A DNA stretch of 64,000 bases from positions 9,514-73,513 of the forward strand of contig JAUCBJ010000128.1 of NCBI GenBank assembly GCA_032718475.1, written 5' to 3'. This DNA is from Nemertoderma westbladi. Taxonomy: Eukaryota > Animalia > Xenacoelomorpha. Numbering within the stretch: position 1 is the stretch's first letter; each line of letters opens with the position of its first letter. The position numbers were made by a program, and so were the translations under genes. This document shows, in pieces, positions 25,871 to 36,859 of this stretch. The notes under the pieces were generated by a model. That model did not search any database, was not told the DNA's origin, and saw only the letters and a program-made list of their open reading frames with translations.

Positions 25871-27653
25871 TGTAGCTTTGAATTTATACTTATTGTGGGT
25901 CAAAATTTATCGTACTTCATGAATTCTGTGCTAAAAATTGTATCAACACAGGCGGTTTCTCAAAAATAGTCGAATTACAAATTATGCACCTGCTCTGCAC
26001 AAAATATGAATAAAAGTGTGCAAAAGTTTCGTTTCCTGTAGGCACTTCCCATGACCAATAAATTAACATTTCTGAGCCTGTACCAAATCAAAAACAAACC
26101 CTTTTTCGAATTTTTTTGGTTTCATTTAATTTCACCAGTGTTTAATTCCTCTGTAATGAAATCGATAAAGTTAATGATGTGATGTCCCATACTTTACCTA
26201 AAATAGTGAAATTTTTAGTTTATTCACAGAGATGTAAATCAGCCTAATCACCCAGTGGAATGCAAAGCACGTTTGTGTTGCGTCATCGTATAAAACAATT
26301 AGTTTCATCTTCACTCCCTCAGAAATATCATGGCGGCCAATTTAAAATTGTCCCATACTTTACCATTAAAATGGCGATTATATTAGTGCACTCTATTAAT
26401 GTAATATGTGAAGCCAGGAGTGTTATAATACTCTAAGGTCATAGTCGGCCGTAAGAATATGAGTCTATATTTGAACTGAGAATCATTCCTCAGTCAAGAA
26501 ATCTTTGGGTTTATGCATGTAAAGTCCCATACTTTACCAAAAAATAGTGAAATTTTTAATTTATACACAGAGAAGTACTGTAGTCTAACTCAGCCCAATC
26601 ACCCAGTGGAATGCAAAGCACGTTTGTGTTGCGTCATCTTAAGAAACAATTACCTGTAGTTTCATAATTTACTCCCTCAAAAACATCATGACGGCCAATT
26701 GAAAATTGTCCCATACTTTACCATTATAATGGCGATTACATTTTAGTGCACTGTATTAATGTAATACTGTATATGAAACCTGGAGGGCAGGAGTGTTATA
26801 ATGCTTTAGGCATTTAGCTTGGTAATGCTTTTATAATGCTTGGGGAAGCATAGAAGTTTGAACTAAGAATCATTCCTCAGTTAACTAATATTTGAGTTTA
26901 TGCATGTAAAGTCCCGTACTTTACAACAAATTTCAAAAAATTTAGTTTTTTAGCAGATAAGAAGATCGGTAAGTACAGTAATTGATACATTTTCAGAAAA
27001 ATTGAAAGAATTTCTAAACTTTTCACAGACTACATGTGTACCAAGTTTGGTTATATTTCATCAATGATTGGCGGACTTATTTCGGTTTTTATCACAATTT
27101 TGAAACTATCGGTACCAACAGACAGACTGTCTGATATGTGACCTTTGATTCCTTAAACCTCAGATTCTTTCAAAACTTTTGACAAACTTCATTCATCCCA
27201 AGTTTTGTTTAATTGCATCTTTAAATTACCGAGTTATACAGTATTAGCGATCAAAAATTAGACAGATGACAGATAACTCCTCAACGGCACCCATCCATAT
27301 GCATAGGCACCCATGTGCTGTGGATAACATTGTACATGTACAGGCAATCAAAGTTCAAAATTGTGTACGAATGACCCGTACTTTACTTTGGAATGAGCCA
27401 TTAATGATTTTAAAATACTCTATTTTTCGCACTAAAACTGTGTACAGTACATACAGTATGTGGCGTTAAAATATTAAATAGTTATTTATACAAATCTTAT
27501 TTCAAATAACATATTATCTTTATTTATATCATTTGTACTTAGGCAATTCAATGTATGTCATGTGTCTCTTAATTTAACTGCCAAACTCTTATGACACTAA
27601 TAACCAATACCAACATTTCTCCCATTCAAAATTCATACTGTATTTGTCACAGT

Positions 27654-27795
27654 GACGATAAGTTACCAGGGGCGATAAAGACCCGGGGGCGATATGTTCC
27701 CAAGGGGCGATAAAGGACCATTTGAGGGGCGATAAGTTCCCAGGGGGCGATAAGGTCCAGGGGCGATAAAGGCGCAAGGGGCGATAACGCCCTAC
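27654..27795. repeat. Array of GGGGCGATAA motifs (~8 copies, irregular 17-25 bp spacing)
   Basis: Directly visible. Probably a remnant of a non-autonomous element. Confidence 0.75.
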
Positions 27796-28102
27796 AATCA
27801 TGGAAATATGGTCGGACTGGAGACATGTAGTATGTACGATGATGTATGTTGTATGACATTCTTGTATGGTATTACTTACTTTACTTTAGTCCACACAGTC
27901 TGGCAGTATACTGGTATAGATACAGTTACTACAGTATACTGTACTACTGTCTGTCTATAGTTAGATACTGTACAGCTGTATGTAAAGTACAGTATAATAA
28001 TAATTGTTTTTTGTTCCATTTGTTTGATCTGGTAATTGCAGTACTACAGTCTGACAGTTCTGCAGTAGGCCAACCTCAGTAGGCCAACCTCATTAGTTGA
28101 TA

Positions 28103-28795
28103 ATGGCGACGGTAACACCTCTTGTCGGACTCGTATTGGGTGGGACAGGGGCTACTGGCAAGGCTCTAATAACCCAACTATTGGAGGATTCCAATTTCAC
28201 TAAGGTCATAGTCGTCGGCAGAAGAACAGCGTCGTTGTCGGACGATAAAGTCAAGGAGATTATTATAGACTTCGACCGAATAAAGGATCACTCCAGTGCG
28301 TTTACTGGAGCGGATGTTGCGTTTTGTTGTCTCGGTACAACGCGCGGAAAATCCGGCGTTGAGGGTTTTAAAAAAGTTGATTACGAGTTTGTAGTTAATT
28401 CAGCCGAGGCGTTGAAAACAGGTGGATGCAAACATTTCCATCTGGTCACTTCGGCAGGTGCGAACGCCAACTCCCGACTGCTGTACCCCCAGACTAAAGG
28501 TCGCGCCGAGGAGGCGGTCAGGGCGCTAGGGTTCCCCCGAGTTAGTGTCTACCACCCCAAAATGTTGCTGACTAAACGCGATGAATCCAGACCGGCGGAG
28601 TCCCTCTTCCAGTCTCTGTTGGCCCCGGTCGCCTGGGCCTCTCCCACCCTACTCACCACTAGGTGTAGCACTCTCGCGCGCGCTATGATTAACAACTGTT
28701 TTAACTCCCTCCCCGGTGATGATACTTACGAGGTTGTTGACAACGCGAAGATTCACGTTTTAGCTGACGGTTCTAGTAAAGATAAATCCACATAA
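28103..28795 (+). CDS. HTATIP2: Oxidoreductase HTATIP2/TIP30/CC3-like NAD(P)-binding atypical SDR, intronless
   Basis: GGTGATGK Rossmann motif, DVAFCCLGTTRGKSGVEGFKKVDY, GGCKHFHLVTS.GAN, LYPQTKG..EE. The 230-aa ORF is intact with ATG in an ATAATGG context. Confidence 0.92.
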   Translation: MATVTPLVGLVLGGTGATGKALITQLLEDSNFTKVIVVGRRTASLSDDKVKEIIIDFDRIKDHSSAFTGADVAFCCLGTTRGKSGVEGFKKVDYEFVVNSAEALKTGGCKHFHLVTSAGANANSRLLYPQTKGRAEEAVRALGFPRVSVYHPKMLLTKRDESRPAESLFQSLLAPVAWASPTLLTTRCSTLARAMINNCFNSLPGDDTYEVVDNAKIHVLADGSSKDKST

Positions 28796-29679
28796 ATTTG
28801 GCATTATTCCTGTAGGCGCCTATTCAAACATTATAAGTTTTAAAACTTCGTTTTCCTTACAACATAAGTTTTAAAACTTCGTTTTCCTTACTAACCTTAC
28901 TTCTTTTCCTCACATCCTACGTTTCTTATAATTAATATCTTTCAAGTCACCGGACCGTGACAGGATACGATACGATACGAAATACAATTTACGTATCTTG
29001 CTTGGTATTTTTTCGTAAAGGCCTAATCTAAATCTACATGTAATACGAATAACTACTGTACTTTTCGTACCAGAATTGTTTCCTATTTTTAACGATAACA
29101 GTCTTATCATAAATTAGTTATTTATCCGTTTATTTATTAAAAGGCAAATAACTATAATGCAACATTTCTACACCAGCAGTATACAGTATTTATATAACCC
29201 ATTATAACTATATATTATAATTTCTTTCAGTTTCAGATACTCCTATTCAACCTAGTGTTTGGATGGTTGTTTAATTAATTACTTAAATATTTTATGGTGA
29301 TGTTTATTCTTAAATGGCGGTTGTGTCGGATGGTAGGGTGGCTAGTTAGTAGACTAGACATTAATGTGCTGGATCGTATATCTAACCAATTAAATAATTT
29401 CTTTATTTATTCGTAATTAACTGCTCCCTAATTCGTTTGGATTTATGTGCTGTCTTGTTTATTGTAATTATTATGTACATTTTGTTGTTATTAAAAAAGT
29501 ATATATATTATGTTGCTTCTTGATTTGTTGAATAATATAATTACTGATTTACAGTTGTCTGGAGTGCTCTTTCTTATATCCTGTTGGGATGGTTAGGCTT
29601 CCCGGATTGTAACATTAATTTGTCGCTCGGGTCGTATATAGGTGGCAAGAAGGCTAATACGTACCGTGTTAACCGGATC

Positions 29680-29900
29680 AGACATTTCCCACTACAGGAT
29701 CAATCCTGCTCCTAAATATAAAAATCTTAATATCCTCCAGTTTAACCTTCTGAACTCTCATCAAGTTGCCCTACGAACACACTCAGACTACTCTATTCCT
29801 AAAGTAAGATCTCAAAGGAAAGACCCATGAGTTTTCAAGGCTCAACAATATGGAACTCAGTCCCCTCTGACTCTCTGACTTAATATATAGAAATTTATTA
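29680..29900 (+). mobile_element. Decayed 3' fragment of a CR1/L2-group LINE
   Basis: Fragmentary translation ..LRTHSDYSIPKVRS../..SFQGSTIWNSVPSD.. resembles CR1/L2 ORF2 C-termini. Confidence 0.4.
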
Positions 29901-30694
29901 TTGCTTATCAACCTGTAAAGTAACAGTCACAGTCTCTTGCTTAGCTCGTATAGTAACATTTGCCCCCCCAACCCCTGACCAACTCCCCCCCCCCCCCCCC
30001 CCCCCCCACCTCCGCACGCCCGTGGCTATACTAGCCACGCTATTGCTCTTTCTATAGTCACTACCTATCTTGTAATATGTATCATTATTATATGACGTCT
30101 TATTGTCATTTAGTGTATACTGTATGCAATGGGAATATCGGATTACCAAATCAAACTTAAACATACATTTCGGATTTCCAGGATGGTCACTCTCGGGAAC
30201 CCTACTTTTTTTTATCAAAGTATCCAGTTCGGTATAAAATGAATGTTGGCCCCGAACTCGTGTTTTAATTGTCTGATTTGTTTTCCCAACTTTCACAAAA
30301 TCGTTCTGAAATCTAATTGGCGGGCTAGTTTACAGTACTGTCTCTCTAACAACAAATGTACTTATAGGCAGGTGGTTCAATTGGCGTGATAAACGCACAC
30401 GAAATTCATCTTTGTTCGACTTTGGAAAGGATCGCAGATCAATAACTATTCTACAGTAATTGATACATTACGATGTAACAACATGGAGCATGGAAGTCAA
30501 TCTCCCTTTGAGCCGCCACACAAATGCCCTTGTTTGTAGAGTGAGTCAGAATCAGAAGCCATACTTAATGGCTTCCAACGCACACCGTGGCTTCTGAAAC
30601 ATTTGGGAACTGCACAGTACTGCTGTAATTAATAGGTACCGGGCTGTATAGTAGATTACTGTAATTTCTTTCAGTTTAAAAATAACGCCGAAGG

Positions 30695-30720
30695 CAAGGA
30701 CTACTATATAGTAGTCCTTG
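30695..30720. mobile_element. 26-bp perfect palindromic micro-element
   Basis: CAAGGACTACTATATAGTAGTCCTTG, flanked by GCCGAAGG / GCCGTAGC (6/8 match, degenerate 8-bp TSD). Confidence 0.6.
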
Positions 30721-31602
30721 GCCGTAGCTTATCTGAGCCGATATTCAAATCCAAATACTTGTGTATATTAATTAACTTGAATATAATCCTGTTATTATTA
30801 GAGAAACTATAAATACGACAATATAATATTGAATTTAAAAGCAATTACAGTAATTGAATTGTGTTGTAGGTAAGCGGGAAATTTAAAAAGTATTACAGTT
30901 CTCGGTTTTATTTTTCTATTTAGAACTACCGGTACCGGTAGGGTAGTCAGGAAATGCTTAGTTGTTAACTTTATGGACCGGTATACTAGCTGTATAGGCA
31001 GGGCCTTATCAAACCTTGTCTAAAGGTACTTTTATCGGTGTCCGAACGCGAACTGCCGAATTCGCTATGAGAATTTGGGAGTCAGGGGTGGGACGTACTA
31101 GGTAGCGGTACTAGCATTAGCGTAGTTGTACCAGTCTGCCATTCAGCAGTTCAGGCTGTCAGGAGTACAGGAACGGGAGTAGATATAGTCTTTTCTAACC
31201 AAAACTTGCTCACTGAAGAACTAGCGATTAACAACTTTAACAGGGTGGGTATAAATTAAACGCTGCGCCTACTACCGACAACCAACGCCGACAACCATTA
31301 TTAAAGATAATTAATGTTATTTATTAATTTACTGATTGAGGGAAATGAGCAGGTTACAGTGTAAGCTTATTCTAACCAAAACGATAAACGAGAGTCACGA
31401 ATTCAGGTTACATTTTCATATTTGCTGTTGTCGGCAGTGGTTGTTGGCGAGGCGTTCACACCCATAACACTGTAACAGGTTGACTTTCGTATATATTCTG
31501 TACAGCTTCTGTAGATCTATCAGCCTATATCTGTATATGTTCGTGCATATTTGAGCTTGAGCCTTCGTTTCTTTCCACTTAAATCTCACCATTCCTGCAA
31601 TC

Positions 31603-33267
31603 ATGGTTGAGAAAAATGTTTTAAAACGAGGAAAACCAACTATCGGTGCTTTCTCTAACAAACGGAAGAAAAACCGTTACTTTATATTAAAGAAAAATGA
31701 AAACAAGACAAAACTTTCAGCCTTGAAGACTCGACACAATAAATTACTGAAACTCCGCGATAAAGCGCTTCTTACAGCCCACGAGAAGGCCAATAAACTA
31801 AAAGTAGCGAAACACTCTAGGGGCGAACCGGTCCCATTGGACGAGTTAGCAACCGCCAGTTTACGTTCCAGCGTGCGAAGCCGCGAGGATAAATACACCA
31901 AGGCGGTGAACCAACTGGTGCGAGCGGATATGCTTCTGACGGAAACATCGGGCTATTTAATACCGGATGAGGGCCAACAAACAGCCGAGATATCGCAGGA
32001 AGCCATTAGGGATGCTGTCGACATCGCCAGCGCAAATAAATCATTTAATTTACAGCTGCAATTCGGACCTTATCACCTGGATTACACGCGCAACGGTCGC
32101 TTTATGTGTCTCGGCGGCGCAAAGGGTCACGTTGCTGCGTTCGATTGCCTCACAAAGGATTTACTATTCGAGATTAACGTTATGGAGAGCGTTTCGGACA
32201 TTAAATGGCTTCATCAGGAGACCATGCTAGCGGTCGCGCAAAAAAAATGGCTCTACATATATGATAACAATGGAATCGAGTTGCATTGTCTTAAAACCTT
32301 CCCGGGAGTAACTCGTATGGAATTCTTACCTTTCCACTTCCTATTGGCCACGACTAGCGAACGCTCTTACCTTAAATACTTAGACACTTCTATAGGACGT
32401 GAAGTTTCCTCTATAAACACTAAACTCGGTCGTTTATCCGTTATGTGCCAGAATCCGGACAACGCCGTGGTCCATCTCGGACACGCGAACGGCACTGTGA
32501 CGTTATGGAGTCCGAGCGTGGCGACGCCGCTCGCCAAGATGTTGTGCCACAAAACCCCGGTGCGAGGGGTCGCGGTAGACCCCACGGGTCGTTACTTAGC
32601 AACCGCGGGTCAAGACGCTAAATTGAAATTGTTTGATATTCGAGGTTTTAAAGAACTTAAAGAGTTTCGGGTTGTTGAATCGGTTTCGTGTTTGACTTTT
32701 AGTCAGCGGGGGTTGTTAGCCGCTTCCAGGGGGTCTGTAGTCGAGGTTTACCGCTGGGAGACTGATCAAGGTTCGCCGTACTTACGACACGAATGTGACG
32801 ACACTGTGGCCTCATTGCGTTTCTGCCCGTTCGAGGACGTTCTCGGGGTTGGGCACCGACGTGGGGTCGATAGTCTGTTAGTGCCGGGGAGCGGGGAGTC
32901 CAATTACGACGCGTTGGAAGCCAATCCGTACCGGGGAAAGAAACAACGACAGGAGATGGAGGTTAAACAGTTGCTGGATAAACTGAGTCCGGATATGATA
33001 ACTCTGGATAATACGGTGCTCGGAAAGGTTGATGTACGGGAAATAGGGGAGGAAACTGGGGTTGTTAAACGTCCGGGGAAGTTCGTACCGCGTTGGAAGA
33101 AAAAGGGGAAAGGGTCAGCGGGAAAACGTGAGAATATAAAGCAAGGAGTTAGGGAGAAGAGAGTTAGGGAAGAGGTTGATAAGGTTGTGGATGTTACTGA
33201 GGGAGGTGGGGGGAGTGTAAGGAAACCGTTTGTTCCGTATAAAACTACGTTAGATCGTTTCCTGTGA
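31603..33267 (+). CDS. WDR46: WD repeat-containing protein 46 (Utp7/BING4; SSU processome), intronless
   Basis: FGPYHLDYTRNGR, LGGAKGHVAAFD, AVAQKKWLYIYDNNGIELHCL, GHANGTVTLWSP and the BING4CT motif FCPFEDVLGVGH...LLVPGSGESNYDALEANPY..KQRQEMEVKQLLDKL. The 554-aa ORF is intact. Confidence 0.96.
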   Translation: MVEKNVLKRGKPTIGAFSNKRKKNRYFILKKNENKTKLSALKTRHNKLLKLRDKALLTAHEKANKLKVAKHSRGEPVPLDELATASLRSSVRSREDKYTKAVNQLVRADMLLTETSGYLIPDEGQQTAEISQEAIRDAVDIASANKSFNLQLQFGPYHLDYTRNGRFMCLGGAKGHVAAFDCLTKDLLFEINVMESVSDIKWLHQETMLAVAQKKWLYIYDNNGIELHCLKTFPGVTRMEFLPFHFLLATTSERSYLKYLDTSIGREVSSINTKLGRLSVMCQNPDNAVVHLGHANGTVTLWSPSVATPLAKMLCHKTPVRGVAVDPTGRYLATAGQDAKLKLFDIRGFKELKEFRVVESVSCLTFSQRGLLAASRGSVVEVYRWETDQGSPYLRHECDDTVASLRFCPFEDVLGVGHRRGVDSLLVPGSGESNYDALEANPYRGKKQRQEMEVKQLLDKLSPDMITLDNTVLGKVDVREIGEETGVVKRPGKFVPRWKKKGKGSAGKRENIKQGVREKRVREEVDKVVDVTEGGGGSVRKPFVPYKTTLDRFL

Positions 33268-33391
33268 GTAAATAGTTTCGTTTACTTTGACGTCAATCGA
33301 TTATTTTATGGATTAAAATTTCTTATTACATAAAAACAAAAATCCAAATATATTTTTTTTCCTCCCAATTATACTATTTTACTATGTTATA

Positions 33392-34005
33392 CACCATGAC
33401 CCGTAATATTATGTCACTTGCTGATGACACGGACCCACCCCCCAAATTTTTCTACAGATCTGGCTCTAGCACAATACAGGCGCTACTTTTTATATGGAAA
33501 ACATACAAACATACAGCGTTATTTTAACTTGGCTGTCTGGGGTTACTTAATGACTTGGTTATTGGGGTGTTTTGTAGGTACTGACTGGGATATTGATTTG
33601 TTTTTTAGGTTAGGGTTTGTTACAGCGTTATTTTAACTTGGCTGTCTGGGGTTACTTAATGACTTGGTTATTGGGGTGTTTTGTAGGTACTGACTGGGAT
33701 ATTGATTTGTTTTTTAGGTTAGGGTTTGTTGGTCAGGCACAAACAGTAATTAAAGCAGTAATTTAACCCTAACCCTAAGTCATGAGGCTTTAATCCAAGA
33801 AATTTTGTGGAATTTTGGACTTTTTCATTTTGCTATTTTAAAAGTGTCTTTTGCGAAATCGAACCCTCCCTTCATGGGGCCAACGACGGTGAGTTGGACT
33901 AGTTGTGTTCCAAATTTCAAGCAATGTGATAAAGACTTGTAGAAAGATTTGGGGGGGGGGGGGTGCGTGTTATCAGCAAGTGACACTATATAATGGGTCA
34001 TGGTG
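33392..34005. mobile_element. MITE with ~70-bp imperfect TIRs (CACC...GGTG) and TA flanks
   Basis: CACCATGACCC..TGTCACTTGCTGAT.ACACG..CCCCCAAAT.TTTCTACA is mirrored at ~33935-34005, with TA on both sides and an internal ~110-bp tandem duplication. Confidence 0.85.
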
Positions 34006-34809
34006 TATTATTGTATTCAGTAGCTCTTCGTACATTAACAAACTGTTCTAGAATTTGGGGTATTTATATATAATCGGAAATTATATAAATTAAGCCGGGA
34101 TTTGGAATAGCAAGTAAAATAACAATTAAATTGGTAACTGCTACGACTATATGATGAAAGTTTGACTTTAAAATAAATAGAAATTAAAATAAAATTATTA
34201 AAAACCCACCCAGAATCATAGCTGTTTGCTGTTGTGGGGAGTGGGGGCAATGTCGTGTGATGCGTGGTGGCTGAGGGAGGACCCAAGCAAATACAGTCAA
34301 TGGTAGCGCTTTGAAAATAATTAATGTTTTATAAAAACTGCAGTGGTGGAAACTATGGATGGCGAATCGAGTTACTATGTGGTAGGTGTTTGATAGCGTC
34401 CATTAATTGTTCCGAAATGCAGGTGCTGTCCAGAAGTCGGGTGGTAACTGCGCAACTTTAAGGGGGGGGGGGGGGGGTATACACCCCTCAGGTAAAATTT
34501 TCAAATTATTGTTTCTTTATTTCATCTAGAGCAGAATTTAATGAGGATTACAAATCTGAAAACCGCTTAGTGAGATCTATTTCAGTTCTCGAGTTATCAC
34601 TGTTTTTCCATATGACCGTCTGTCCGTCAAATTGTAAGAAAGACAGAAGACCGACAGACAGACAGATAGACTAGATTCCGGCAAAAATTAAAACTGACAT
34701 CGGAAATGAAATCAACGAGATTATCGCCACTTTCAATCTTAATTACACTAAATTTCAGGCGGTTGCTAGGGAAAGGTAACCTTGTTGCTATGGAAACGTG
34801 TATCAGCGC

Positions 34810-36320
34810 CAATGTCACTATTACCATCTTCTCTATCTGATGGATCATTTCGTCGGAGCCCCAAAAACATCGAAAATGTACTGCATTCATAGACCTACGA
34901 AAAGTTTTTGACTCTGTAGATAGATCTGCTATGTGGGTTAAACTTACTGGGCTGGGATTCAGCGGAAAAATTGTTGATGTCATAAAAAGCATATACAGTA
35001 CAACACAGTACAGTACATTACAGTCCTGTGTCCGAGAAAATGGAGTCTGCTCGACGGATTTCTGGTGTTTGATAGGTGTTAAACAGGGGGAGTGGTTATC
35101 GCCGCTGCTATTTAACTTATTTCTGAATGACTTGGAAGATGAGTTGGGGAGGGGGGGGGGGGGGGGGGGTGGTACAGGGCAGGGCATTTCATTAGATACA
35201 TTTAGATTGTTTTTACTTTTATACGAGGATGACATAGTTATAGTAGCAGAAACAGTTGAAGATCTCCAATAATCATATTTTATAACTACTGTAAATACTG
35301 GGCATTATCAGTAAAAATATACAAGTCGAATATAGTTATTTGCCGCACAGGGGGGTATTGTCGCGGCCATAGAAATGGGTTTATGGTGGGGCGATGATTA
35401 ATGTAGTCAGCAGTTATACATATTTTGGTATATTACGTATTTACCAGCGGGTGTAAATTTAATGCCGCACAAAAGGGTGAGAATAAGCCGAACGTGTTAA
35501 CTTAAAGTTTATCAAGATATTTTTGTACGTAAAGCCTTCGACACCAAATTTTATAGTGTGCGGGGAGTCGGGTATATTACTGTACAGTAGTACCTTTAAG
35601 TTTGAAAGGAAGATCCGCATTGTGAAAATGTGGGCTGCGGCTACTTAGGCCTAATAGTAACCGGTTAATTAGGTAGGCGTATAATATACAGTTAACTAAC
35701 TTAGAGGAAGGAAACGGTGGTGATAACTGGGCGACGAATGTTAGGAACTTATTGAATTATTTGGGATTCAACTGGGTATAGAACATGGCCTACTACACAG
35801 TGTAGTAGGCCATGGTATAGAACGACCAGGAGTTAGTCAGTAAGAGGGAATTTTTAATGGCAGTGCGAGAACTGATGTCCGCACAGTTTGTGCAGTTGTA
35901 GTGGTCTGAAATCTCGGGGTCACCGAAGGGAAGGTACTATGTGAAGGAATCATTGGGCGTGGAAAGCTATCTGCGTGTCCTGAGTGGGCACCCGTCATTT
36001 AAGGAGGGTTGTGGCGAAGTTCAGTTGTTCGGCGCATAGACTAATGATAGCAGTACGGAAGGTGGTACAGTATAATGTTGTTGAGACACATGAATTTACA
36101 TTTTGCTAGGGTGGATACGTGGAGGACGAATTTCATTTTTTAATTGTGTGTAGAAGATATCGGGACGGACATTCGGACCAAATATTTCAGTAGCAGTACC
36201 AACAATTGAAAAGTATGAGGAAATTTTGTCGGCCAACAGTAAAGAAAAATTAATTAAACTAGGAAGATTTTTGTGGGAGGCTTTCGGGCGGAGCGAGAAC
36301 ATATTATCCCTAGGATAGCA
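34810..36320 (+). mobile_element. Decayed non-LTR retrotransposon (CR1/L2/RTEX-like RT and C-terminal region)
   Basis: AFIDLRKVFDSVDR, GVKQGEWLSPLLFNLFLNDL, LLLYEDD and NWATNVRNLLNY, with many stops and frameshifts. Boundaries are approximate. Confidence 0.8.
35784..35814. mobile_element. 31-bp palindromic micro-element with a perfect 8-bp TSD
   Basis: CATGGCCTACTACAC-A-GTGTAGTAGGCCATG, flanked by GTATAGAA (35776-35783, 35815-35822), inserted into the LINE. Confidence 0.85.
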
Positions 36321-36859
36321 TCCATTCCTTATTTCTTCTTATTATTATAATTTTTTTAATCTCTATTTTTCTAGTTGGTTTTTATGGGATGGGGGCGGGG
36401 GGTGGGGGTGGTAGTACACGTACCATTATGTCAATAATAGTTTCAATTTGTAGTGGTGCGTACAGTACAACCTCAAGTTTATTTGGTGTAGGCCTATATT
36501 ACAGTGCAGTTATTTCAAATATTCCATTAATTTGACAGAATTTGTGGTATATTACACACTAAATTAAATCTATTACTAAACTGGTTGATTACCCCATGTT
36601 TCAATCATGATTTAATTGAATATACTGTACAGTGGTTTCTAGGGAAAGGTCATCTTGTTGCTATGGAAACCGTGAACCGAACCCCACTTATATTTCTAAA
36701 CTAACCAAGTTATATAATATGAATTGTTCTTCATATGGCTGTTGTATTGTTCAGTATGTAATGACGATAATGTCTATTCGATGATAAAACATTGTGTCCG
36801 ACAACCGGAACCTTACCCTTTCCAAACCCCCGTACCACGGGTTTCCCACCCAAGCCTAA

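Larger units (their letters stand above)
1008..27399. mobile_element. Non-autonomous TIR DNA transposon (~1.6 kb once element A is removed), outermost layer of the nest
   Basis: GGCTCATTCCA at 1008-1018 and its reverse complement TGGAATGAGCC at 27389-27399, each flanked by ATTA (1004-1007, 27400-27403). There is an internal ~340-bp tandem duplication and a recurring GTCCCATACTTTAC motif, and no transposase ORF. Superfamily not assigned. Confidence 0.75.

Noticed and set aside
33763-33778. Telomeric TAACCC repeats
   Set aside because: There are only about two copies, inside a MITE, so this is not a telomere.
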